From Paraphysomonas bandaiensis (lineage: Eukaryota > Protista > Chrysophyceae): a stretch of DNA of 52,952 nt. The DNA is taken from the NCBI GenBank assembly GCA_965644295.1, contig CBFFRP010000660.1:1-52952 (forward strand). Direction: 5' to 3'. A program made the translations under genes and the position numbers. Shown one piece after another: positions 40,405 through 50,685 of the stretch. The stretch's first letter is position 1, and every line of letters starts with the position of its first letter. The notes below the pieces were generated by a model, which saw only the letters and a list, made by a program, of their open reading frames with translations, was not told where the DNA came from and did no database searches.

Positions 40405-40434
<30 letters not shown>
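39529..40434. repeat. (TACA)n microsatellite, ~905 bp
   Basis: Near-pure cata/taca repeat with three identical interruptions. It explains the six low-complexity ORFs here. Confidence 0.99.
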
Positions 40435-40438
<4 letters not shown>

Positions 40439-40497
40439 GACAAGATAACAATCATTAGTCCATATATATACATCAATATCATCCTCCCACTTTTATA

Positions 40498-42219
40498 ATG
40501 AATAATTTTAAAATCACACTTGATGCTAACAAGAAAGAGATTCATGATACTCTAGTTTGTCTTAAGGAAACTGAAGAGTATCTTGAGAAAGCTGAAGCAG
40601 ATCTTGAGGAAGCTGAAGCAGATGGTGATATCAAACAAAGAGATCAACTAGATGAATATATGTTACAACTTCAGAAGTATATGTTGTACCTTCAAAAATA
40701 TCTATTAGAACTAGAGGAGAAAAGAAACAGATTGTTTGATATCAGTATCCGATACCCTCATCACTTATCTTCATTAAGTATCACCAACAAAGTAGAAGTA
40801 ACCGAAAAATGCCAACAATCTTCTTCCACTTTTTGTAATAATGCACCAAGTGGTTTTGGTTTTCTACCTACATTCGTTAGATTTGATCCTACTTATTACA
40901 AATTAGAACATAGTTTACATAGTCGTCTGATTCCAACTGATGAAGAAGTATTACAAGCCCCTCGGCTAAGAATCTATGGAGAGAAAATGGGACTGCAAAC
41001 ATGGGGTAAAACTGAACCCGGTGGAGTGCGTGAGCAATTTTCAGCTGTGGAGTGGATGTATAAAGGCCTTATGGACAATGGACAAAATCAGCTGGGCCCC
41101 CGGGGGCTTGCTGATGGTATTGCTGCCCCCACCTCTTACGAAGATTCTCATCATCGCTTTGAGCAATATACCTTGTCTGATATTGTACATAAAGGTGCAG
41201 AATCGTCCGCGATACCCGCAGTGGCGCAAGCTGCAGTAACGGCAACTAATTTTGCAATGAAATTGTTAAGTGATGGCGTTCCGAGTAGTGAATGCATAAT
41301 TCCAGTCATTGGTACTACCGGTTTATCATTTGTTGCCGGAGTGACTATTGTACTGGACGAGTCCTTCCCGACGTATATCCCCCTCAGCAAACACTTGGAC
41401 CTCTCGGATCCTGTGGAGAGGCAGATTGCCTCCGCCTATATCGCGAAAGCTAGTGCACACTGCGAGAAACTCTTCGATTTACTTCGTACCACCCCACCTT
41501 CACGTGTTGTGCTCGCACCCCTTGGGCTTGATGTTGATGGTGCATACTATATTAAGACGTTGTCTCGTGATGTGTATCAACGTGGGCTGGGTTTGTTTGC
41601 CGTGCACAATGCAAATCATCTTGACATAGAGAAGGGCATTCACCACATGATCGAATCACTTAATCTGGTGTACGCATCTCCCGAGTCTCGCCCCTTCGCG
41701 GAGTATCCGTTGTCTATTCGTACACCTGATAGCGGGTCTGATGGGTGCTATCAGCTAATATACAGAGACCTGACGAAGCTTGGTTTCCGGATTGGAGCCC
41801 CTAATCGAATCACAAATGAAGATGTTTATGATTTATATGTGAAAGCCTTGACTGCAGCGGTTGAGAGCATTCACAGAGCCGGGGTGATTCATGTGGACCT
41901 CTTCCTGTCTAATGTTATGTGGCTATATAATGAAGACGCTGGTGTGGTCGAGATTAAAATTATTGACTGGGATGTATCTCATTGCCTTGACGAAGGAAAA
42001 TTCGTGGAAAATGTTGAAAGTGCACTAATTGATTATATTACAACCGAGAATTTACATTTTGGAGTTGAGCATGATCACCTCTACCTTTCGGTGCTTTCCT
42101 TGGACAAGGACAAATATTCAGTGGAATGGCAATGCTTGGCCAGCAACCAGAAAGCTATGATAGACTCTACGTTTAGAGAACTGTTCGTGGATGTCCTTTT
42201 TTCCGAAAAGGCAGTTTAA
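40498..42219 (+). CDS. Crinkler-like protein: helical N-terminus + putative restriction-endonuclease-fold domain + C-terminal protein kinase-like domain
   Basis: Kinase motifs YYIKTL, IHVDLFLSN (HxDxxxxN) and IKIIDWD. The central ADG...DIVHK...AQA...IPVIGTTG resembles the CR-REase pattern D...ExK...Q...G(I/V)xTxG. 573 aa, intronless. Confidence 0.7.
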   Translation: MNNFKITLDANKKEIHDTLVCLKETEEYLEKAEADLEEAEADGDIKQRDQLDEYMLQLQKYMLYLQKYLLELEEKRNRLFDISIRYPHHLSSLSITNKVEVTEKCQQSSSTFCNNAPSGFGFLPTFVRFDPTYYKLEHSLHSRLIPTDEEVLQAPRLRIYGEKMGLQTWGKTEPGGVREQFSAVEWMYKGLMDNGQNQLGPRGLADGIAAPTSYEDSHHRFEQYTLSDIVHKGAESSAIPAVAQAAVTATNFAMKLLSDGVPSSECIIPVIGTTGLSFVAGVTIVLDESFPTYIPLSKHLDLSDPVERQIASAYIAKASAHCEKLFDLLRTTPPSRVVLAPLGLDVDGAYYIKTLSRDVYQRGLGLFAVHNANHLDIEKGIHHMIESLNLVYASPESRPFAEYPLSIRTPDSGSDGCYQLIYRDLTKLGFRIGAPNRITNEDVYDLYVKALTAAVESIHRAGVIHVDLFLSNVMWLYNEDAGVVEIKIIDWDVSHCLDEGKFVENVESALIDYITTENLHFGVEHDHLYLSVLSLDKDKYSVEWQCLASNQKAMIDSTFRELFVDVLFSEKAV

Positions 42220-42438
42220 TTTAACACATGGGTTTTATTTGCAATGTGTGTGTCATTTCTCCTTTCGGTGCTTTCCTTGGACAAGGACAAATATTCAGTG
42301 GAATGGCAATGCTTGGCCAGCAACCAGTAAGCTATGATAGACTCTACGTTTAGAGAACTGTTCGTGGATGTCCTTTTTTCCGAGAAGACAGTTTAATTTA
42401 ACACATGGGTTTTATATGCAATGTGTGTGTCATTTCTC
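42084..42438 (+). repeat. 177-bp tandem duplication of the kinase gene 3' end and UTR
   Basis: cctttcggtgctttccttggac... occurs at 42084 and 42261. The second copy has a few substitutions, including aaa>taa. Confidence 0.95.
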
Positions 42439-42944
42439 GGGGAGCATTGGCTTCGATAGAGGTATTAAATTCAGCATCGTCTTCTTTATTTTGTTTTCCG
42501 CGTCGTCTTATTTATCTTCTGTGACACTATGATCTCGCATAAGGCTAAACTTGTAGTAAGGTAACCATAAGACAATCGTGGGGAAAATGTTCAAATTCGG
42601 GACTTTTGAATGAAAGTTATATTCTACGACTATTTTTAATGTTAATTTGTCTCGAAATGTTATTCGAGTGGTTTGCAAGAGTTTTCATAATAAAATAGAT
42701 GATATTATATTTACCGTGTGTCTAGTACGTTTTTCCATAACTTCTGGGGCTAAACCTGTTAGAAAACGACATAATTAATAGTTGAACTTAGTAAGAACGC
42801 TTAGAAAAACACTTCAAGTGAAAATTATAAGAGATATCATATATATATCATGCGTAACACATATACCCATATATATATCTTGTTTATCCCCTATATATTG
42901 TCACTCTATTCTTGTTCACACGATATACTGGAGTTATGTTCCAG

Positions 42945-43014
42945 CAGGGATAGGGAACAATATATTGTATTGCTACCTAACAATAGTATTGCAATATATT
43001 GTTCCCTATCCCTG
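42945..43014. mobile_element. 70-bp hAT MITE
   Basis: Perfect TIR cagggatagggaacaatatattg and perfect 8-bp TSD tgttccag (42937-42944, 43015-43022). Same family as 31677-32438. Confidence 0.95.
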
Positions 43015-43157
43015 TGTTCCAGTATATATTACTAGTCTTTACTTTAGATAACAACTCTATCAAACATAAACGTATCCGATAAATTCATTTCTTGAAATAC
43101 CTGATTACAGTTATATGTTATATATATCAGGGCCTGGTAACCATTAATGGTAAATGC

Positions 43158-44411
43158 TACGGAAACAATCCTGATCGAGCGCCTGGCTACTGGACCAATA
43201 GCGGAGTACACCTCCCGCGCAAACTAGCTCAAGCGGATGGCAGTGCATCCAAAGACAAACTCAGCTCAAATCTACGCCAAAGAATTCTCAACACGGCACT
43301 GACATGGGACAAATCTTTCTGCATAGGGAGGAACCGGGCCAAAACCAAACAGGGGCTTGACCTGACCAAAGCCGCATGCTCTGACTGCGGGTTTCGACTA
43401 GATTCCCTAAAACATATGTGCCTCGACTGCACACATGAATCCATCACCCAAATAAGGGAAACTGCATTTCAATCGCATAAAAATGTGCTACACGAAATAC
43501 AGAGAACTCAGAACTTACCCAACTGGATCACATCTGCACTACGGAGACTCTCCAGCAGAGCCTGGAATCCCTCCATCCCACAGGTCGAGAGATACTGGAC
43601 TGGAACCATCACAGCAGCCCAACTGGAAACGGTCTTCGGAGATGACATACACAACCACCTGACGGCTCACAGTCTACGGAACCTAGAAACAGTGGTTATT
43701 AATCTCCTGCAACCGCTTTACACTGCAGCGAAGCTTATGTTACAGGATCGCGGTTGTCGCTATATCACCATGTCCAAAAGGCCGCCCAGGCTACTCCCGA
43801 GACCCCGTCCGAAACGCAGTCAGTCAAGACAACGTCCGAGAGTCCTTCGACTACTAGGGGTCCAACGAAGACCCCCCACAGCGTATCCGACTCCAGACAC
43901 ACGTGCACACCTCACAGGTCCTACCCGACAGAGCACTGGACCGCCCAGACCTCCACAACGCCGACGGCTTCGACAACTCTATCTACACCCGCGGCCCCAC
44001 AGGAGCACAGTAACACATACTACAAACCCAACTCCTCCTCCCAACAATCCCCACCACTCCCAACCCACACATCTGGAACTAGGTGCACTCAGGACCCTAA
44101 TTCAGAATGCTGAGCCCCCTCCAAAACCAATGGAGACCCATCCCAAAGGGAGACCCCCAGATCAAAAGCGCCGGTGAGTCCACGGACACACGATAAAGGC
44201 GAATTTCATATCACACAAAAAGAACGGAAGTGGTTGCACCTTGGTGCTTGCGGCGACGCACAAGCAGCTTTCGTAGCGTTAAATAGTAGGATAAAAGAGT
44301 TTGTATTGATTAGTTACGGGTAGTGGTCTAACTAGTATGACTAGCATTCTTCTAGCCACTAATTGATGCAAGGTCTCAACGCCTATTGCTAAATAATCAG
44401 ACATTCACTAC
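43158..44411 (+). mobile_element. 5'-truncated non-LTR retrotransposon (LINE): ORF2 C-terminus + 3' UTR
   Basis: 10-bp TSD tggtaaatgc (43148-43157, 44412-44421). The frame is open to 44177 and contains CSDC-x8-H-x4-C (CSDCGFRLDSLKHMCLDC), typical of LINE ORF2 C-termini. The 3' end is ...cattcactac. Confidence 0.85.
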
Positions 44412-44520
44412 TGGTAAATGCATTAATGGCCATTAATGGGCCATTAATGCCATGATATTGATGTATGTATATGGTGCTAATGATTGTTGTCTTGTATATA
44501 TATATATATGTACATATATA

Positions 44521-45369
44521 CAAACGAATTGTTATAGCTTTTCTCTGCCTGATCAATGTAATCAAACCATCGCTTGTTCTTGTTTCGTACCAATAATCGG
44601 CGAATAATCGATCTGACATACCCATTTGAACTTTCGATCAAAGGGAGGGGGGTATAATACTGACTTCGTTTTATTGTAAAACCAAACTGTTCAATAAAAT
44701 TGTTAGAGAAACGAAATTCGAGACCTTTATCACAACACGAATGACCTTGTTTGGGGTGAACTTCCTTGTTCATAGAATTCAATATATCCCTCACTGCATT
44801 TTCGACCGTCGCGGCGTCTTTGCTTTTCAACCGACGTAACCATAACCTCCGACTGTATACATCTTGTACATAAAACACATATCGCCACCTAGTATACTGA
44901 TAAAAGTTATAATCGATCAAGTCCATTTCGAACGCAGAGTAAGGCTTAACTTTATGAATATATGATTTCTCGGGGTGACTGGTTATTTGAAATGTATACT
45001 GAAATCCTCCTGCTGCTTTAAAAACTCTATCACGTCGCTTCGTTTAATTCCAACATATTTTTGCTTGATTGTATTGTAAAACTTGTTGATCCCACCCGGC
45101 ACCATGTTCTCGTATATTTCCTTCAAAACAGACGAAATTTGGTCAGGAAGCACAAACTCTAGTCGAACGTTGCCGTTTACATAGTACAATATGTTTTCAA
45201 TGAGCTTAAAATAATCAGGATTCAATCGTTTTGCAAATACTTCCTTTTGACGATCGGTTAGTGGGCTGTTTCGGCCGAACCCAGCAGTTTTGCGGTATCG
45301 TGTGATGTTGCGGTGCACATCCGAGTCATAGTGTAATCGATTTAGTTTATTTAAAAGATTTTTGTTCAT
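44521..45369 (-). pseudogene. Retroviral-type (rve) integrase, Polinton/virophage-like
   Basis: GINKFYNTIKQKYVGIKRSDVIEFLK, then a 1-nt frameshift near 45000. It continues FEMDLID...YVFYVQDVYSRRLW..LKSK...CDKGLEF...IESSNGYVRSII...W.DYI....KSYNNS (DDE triad). The C-terminus is cut off. Confidence 0.88.
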
Positions 45370-45385
45370 AATTTACTTGTTCTTC

Positions 45386-46147
45386 TTAATTATGACTATT
45401 CATAATTGTTTCAAGGTTAAAGAATTGATTATAATTTCTACTGATTTTTCGGTTGAGATCGGGAGTTAAGATGTCAAATTCCATAAAGTCGTTTCTGTTT
45501 TTCGTGCATATTTGGTACATTTTTCGCAAGTCGGCAATGGCTATCCCCAATAAATACGTTTTTAAAATACGATTTAAATCTGCCACATCCGCCAATGCCT
45601 TTATGAGTAAATGGCTTAAATTTCGTCGACATACAGTCGGGATATCAAAAAAATTCTGCGATATAAACACGGCGGTGATATTGTACTTGCGGCATTTGAT
45701 ATAATAAGCGCTGATCATATCAAGGTTCGTTTTCCCGAAGTAATAATATCGTCAAAAACAACCAGCGTTTGATTTCCACTACGTTTGCCTGACAAGTCAT
45801 TCAACTTGAAATCGCACGGTTTTTCGTAGAACTCGATGCTCGAACCCAATTGATCTTTCAAAAAGCTGTACAGGGGTTCTTCGTGATCTGGTATGCACAT
45901 TACAATCTTTTCAAATGTGTCTGGCATTTTGGATATCTTATCTACCAACGCTTGCGTTTTGCCAGTGCCACTCCCTCCGACAATGGCAATTCTTGCTGGT
46001 AAGATATTTGGTTCACTTGAATATTTGGTTCACTTTGAAATTGGGAGTCGGACATTGCAACAATGCATCATCGCCACCACCAATTTGTTTATGCCGATTA
46101 CAAACCGAATTGTCGTCATGGGATGCTTTCTTCTTCTTGGTTGGTAT
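45386..46147 (-). pseudogene. A32/FtsK-like viral genome-packaging ATPase
   Basis: LPARIAIVGGSGTGKT (Walker A), LVVFDD (Walker B), CRKYNITAVFISQNFFDIPTVCRRN (A32-type R/Q motifs). There is a frameshift at ~45716 and a short internal duplication near 46005-46037. Confidence 0.9.
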
Positions 46148-46156
46148 GTCACTTAT

Positions 46157-46545
46157 TTACAAATATTTGTGAGATAGATATGCCTTTCGTAACATCGATG
46201 TCCCTACTTTCAACCCTCCAAATAGTGAATTGAGTCATTGTCGTGTAAATGTCGCTGGAGTTAATTTGTTTCCGTTTTCGTTAAAAAACACAAATTCTGT
46301 ATCGATATGTTTTGTAATTTTAAGCCAGCGTTTTAGTATTGATAGCACATTGCGACTAATATCTATTCGCTGAGTACCATACGTGTCTTTTGTTTTATAT
46401 GCCTGAACACAAACTGCTTTGACTTCCAGTCTACAAAATTAAATTCAGTACTCGGAGCACGTTTCAATTCTGTATAATCAAGAGACCTGCGCGGTAAAAA
46501 CCCCATAACTCCACTGCATAATGATAACAGTATAAACGATTAAAT
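46157..46545 (-). pseudogene. Tyrosine recombinase-like gene of PLV/virophage type (partial)
   Basis: Manual translation gives LLSLCSGVMGFLPRRSLDY...NFVDWKSKQFVF/AYKTKDTYGTQRIDI...FFNENGNKLT...LFGGLKVGTSMLRKAYLSHKY. One frameshift and an internal TGA are present; the terminal His/Tyr region is absent. Confidence 0.75.
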
Positions 46546-47452
46546 AATGTGATGGATAAATGGGTAGAGCGTAAAGTCTTATCTAGTGACTGGTTGGAAT
46601 GGGTGAATAGCGATGATCTTGCTTTTTTTGTGGAGAAACCATTGACACTATTTCTAGATCAACAGTGCACAAAGACAAGATAAAAACCATCTTGCCAGAG
46701 CATTTCGGTTTGAAATAACGTGTAACAAAGAGCACTACTTTACTTTTTTTCAATAAAGGTTCTACTTTGCTGTGGTGTGTAAGATGATGACTCCTGAGTC
46801 ACTAAGGGATGCGTTGAAGTTGGTTGGATATAATTTTAATGCAATTGATCGGGTGATAATTCTAATTTGAATCTCAAATTGGCATTTGCAATTATTAGCT
46901 ATAGCTCGTGCAATTAATATTGCAATTATTTGCAATTAATTGTGCTAATAATTTTCTAATTAACTTAGTTACTCATTATAAGTACGTATAGCATCTTCAA
47001 CCGTACTTGCATTCCACAGAAATCTATAAGGGCAAGAACATAAGGGCCTCTATTAGGAGTCATTGATTCACGTATATCTCTTAAAAGTTGATGTGATGAA
47101 GAAACCTGGAGAAGCGCTCTAAAACTGGTGAAATTTTGAAAATGTCGATTTATATTGAGTTTTTGATGCTTTTTGCAATAAATACTGCAGTAGGTGTGAA
47201 GGGAACATGTTTTTAAAGACATTTAATAAGTTTTATATTAGTTACAGGCCAAAAATGTGAGAATGTAACGGTTACACTATACATGATATATGCGTACTAT
47301 AGTGCTGTGTATCTATGTATAGCAAAGTTCTGATGGCTAATCAAGCGATAATCAACAGAACTTCTGGCACATTCACTAGTAATAATAGATGCAGAATCAA
47401 CTGCATCTATATCTACCCACCACTCCTTTTAGTGGGATTCTCATTATAACCC

Positions 47453-48343
47453 CACCTCGGAGTACTGTCACTATTACTGGAAGGGATATGAGGCTTGCCC
47501 TAGTGGGCTACATTCAATATTAGGTACATTACACAAACAATCATAATCTTGCGATCTGATATGTCTGATAGCACTACAGTGGATGATATTTGCAACCCTG
47601 TTAGACAGTCCACACTGACTCTTACGTTGCAAACGACTTATAATGTTCTCCATATAGCCGTGCGACACTGCGTAGGCCTGAAAAATCCTTTCCAGCAACG
47701 AGATACATGTCATCACCCTCCTCACCAATGACTACTCGAAATATGATAAGATAAACTTCACAAGACAAGCATTTCGAACTCTGCTGGTTGTAACAGTCGA
47801 ACAAGCATCACGATTTCTATACAAGAAACAGCCTCACATGCACACGTCATCATGCAGGTGATGCACAACAAACTAACACATAGGTGTTGAGCATAGCAAA
47901 CGGGTCTTTCATGATGACTACAGTAACCTACAAACCACCTCGGAGTACTGTCACTATTACTGGAAGGGATATGAGGCTTGCCCTAGTGGGCTACATTCAA
48001 TATTAGGTACATTACACAAACAATCATAATCTTGCGATCTGATATGTCTGATAGCACTACAGTGGATGATATTTGCAACCCTGTTAGACAGTCCACACTG
48101 ACTCTTACGTTGCAAACGACTTATAATGTTCTCCATATACCCGTGCGACACTGCGTAGGCCTGAAAAATCCTTTCCAGCAACGAGATACATGTCATCACC
48201 CTCCTCACCAATGACTACTCGATATACAAGAAACAGCCTCACATGCACACGTCATCATGCAGGTGATGCAGCAACAAACTGATACATAGGTGTTGAGCAT
48301 AGCAAACGGGTCTTTCATGATGACTACAGTAACCTACAAACCA
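47453..48343. repeat. Tandem duplication, 483-bp period (second copy has a ~75-bp deletion)
   Basis: ccacctcggagtactgtcactattactgg at ~47453 and ~47936. ORFs 47474-47728 and 47957-48211 are identical. Confidence 0.95.
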
Positions 48344-49670
48344 TACCGAAATGATTAAAAGCATAACGAATGCATCTCCTGAAATAAGCCATCATACAAC
48401 ACATATACATAGCACACATATATACGATCTATGGAGGTCTACACAGCTGCATAAGAATACGACATAGTGAATCGCCACCCAACTGTGGGCCCTGAATGTG
48501 TCAGGACAGAGAAAGTGTCTCGTGAGAGATACGTATGTAATACCATGACAGGCAACATTAATACAATATTTCCTTATACTCAATGCAGGACTTACTCTGT
48601 TAGAAGATCATGAAGACGACCAGCTGAATAGAGCCAACAGTTCTTTCATAACTTTTGACACATACCTACAAACCATAATAAAATGATTAAAAGCATAACT
48701 AGAGCATCTCCTGAAATAAGCCATCATGCAACATAAACATAAATATATACAACTGCACAAGTGTACGACATAGTGCATAGTGAATTGCCACCCACTATGG
48801 GTACCGAATGTGCCAGGACCAAACACAGCTTTTATATACGAGTACAACAATGGATATAGGCATCATACTAAATATATCCGCTTAATACTAAGTATAGGAC
48901 TTACTCTGTCAGATCATAAATACGACCAGCTGACACACGCATATGATACAGCAATATGTCGAGCCATAAGTATTCAATAGAGCCAACAGTTCATTCATCA
49001 CTTTTGACACCTCTCAATAACGAGTCGATGACGTATTAGAAAGGGAATCTTCGTAGTTTGCTACTGCGCTAATATTGCCATACATATACGGTATGAAACT
49101 GATGCCATCACATGCACATGCTGAACCATATGGTCATATGGAGCAGAATATGTGCCAGGGCAAAGCGTAACATACACTTATATACAGGTGAAACTTTTAA
49201 TGCCATCGCTCAGCACAAGCTACATCCTGCAGTGAATCTCCGTTCAGCTGCCGGTTGCAGAGTTTGTGCAGGGGCAAAAAAATGAATCACACCACGTACA
49301 AAAATACATGCTTTTCTAGCTATATTGCCATACATATACGGTATGAAACCGATGCCATCACATGCACATGCTGAACCATATGGCCATATGGAGCAGAATA
49401 TGTGCCAGGGCAACGCGTAACATACACTATTATACAAGTGAACATTCATTGCCATCGCTCAGCACAAGCTACATCCTGCAGTGAAACCCCGTTCAGCTGC
49501 CGGTTGCAGAGTTTGTGCAGGGGCAAAAGAATGACTCACACTCTGCTAGATGCATTTCTAATTCGCTATATACAGTCATACATATACAAGTATGAACCAG
49601 ATGCCATCACATGCACATGCTGAACCATACGGAGCAGATTATGAGCCAGGGCAACGCGTAACATACACTA
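48330..49670. repeat. Degenerate tandem repeats (two ~330-bp units, then ~250-bp units x2.4)
   Basis: cctacaaaccata...aatgattaaaagcataac at ~48333 and ~48665. gatgccatcacatgcacatgctgaaccata at ~49101, ~49351 and ~49600. Confidence 0.85.
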
Positions 49671-50143
49671 TGGTGTTGTGTTAGTGTGGTAGTGGGGTGT
49701 GATAATGATGATATGAATGATTGTGAGTGAAGTGCATTTTCAAATATGCTCTCAGATCACCCCACAGATCAAGCGCCGCATAACATATAGAAAAACACGT
49801 ACAAAAAAAATTTGAATTTGACCAAAAACACCCCACAAGAGAATCGAACACGCGTCATGAGTGTGTGGTGAGGACGCGGTGTGCATCACACAACACCGCA
49901 ACCACACTGCACGAGCAGTGACTACAACACGCACATCATGACCATAATACATATGCATAACTTAACACACCATTATATATATACATACATACATACATAC
50001 ATACATATAGAGGGATGGATCTTCTGAGTCAGTATCTTCTGATGTTAATATGGTGACATTGTTGATGACAGTGAGGAGTGCTCAGGAGGTGTGGTTTATC
50101 GGATGAGGTGTTCATTGTTGTGTGGATCACACCTCCTGAGCAC

Positions 50144-50685
50144 ACAGACAGACAGACACACACACATACATCCGAATGCCGCATAGCTGATACCAGTCTC
50201 AGATAACACTTCTTACTATGTGGTTCAGAGTTGCAGGCTTATAACTGCCTTCCAGGAAGGTCTTCATGACAGTGTTTGGTCACGAGGCTGTAGCACTGAG
50301 CCTCATACAGTGGATGTGAGAGAGATGCTGAACCTCCATAGGGGACAAGGATACGATATGTAAGTATATCCTCTCCACAACTATATCGCAGATGCACTGA
50401 CACTGACGTTGCATAGTGTTCTAACGTGCACAATCAAATGATGGTATATTGTTTTGTCTGTTTGTACTTGTTGGACCTCTCCACACGAGTCCACTCTCCT
50501 CAATCCACTGTAGAGGCTCTGTGCTACAGCCTCGTGACCAAACACTGCCATAAAGATACATCATGTGACCTTTCTGGAAGGTGGTCATAAGCCTGCAGCT
50601 CTGAACTACGTAGAAAGAGTGTCATCTGAGAATGGTATCAGCTCTGCAGCATTTGGATGTACGTGTGTGTATCAGTCTGTCTGTC
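50144..50685. repeat. Long imperfect inverted repeat (foldback/MITE-like), ~185-bp arms
   Basis: cagtgtttggtcacgaggctgtagcactgagcctc (~50270) pairs with gaggctctgtgctacagcctcgtgaccaaacactg (~50513). Pairing extends outward to acagacagac/gtctgtctgt. Confidence 0.88.

Larger units (their letters stand above)
44521..46545 (-). mobile_element. Decayed Polinton-like virus / Maverick-type endogenous viral segment
   Basis: Three compact, intronless, co-oriented genes (tyrosine recombinase, A32-like packaging ATPase, rve integrase), each disrupted. Confidence 0.85.

Noticed and set aside
39460-40545. Six long ORFs (MYVC/HTYI repeats)
   Set aside because: Artefacts of the stop-free (TACA)n microsatellite.
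43092-43157. N-terminus of the 361-aa ORF as a real gene start
   Set aside because: It lies outside the TSD. The LINE frame is simply read through from flanking DNA.
44270-44300. Pistol ribozyme suggested by the GTTAAATAG motif in the LINE/SINE tail
   Set aside because: The P1 loop pseudoknot partner, the AAGCG segment and the P3/GU cleavage context are not found.
46560-47222. Further viral genes (capsid, polymerase) upstream of the recombinase
   Set aside because: The frames are stop-ridden and I recognise no capsid or polymerase motifs.
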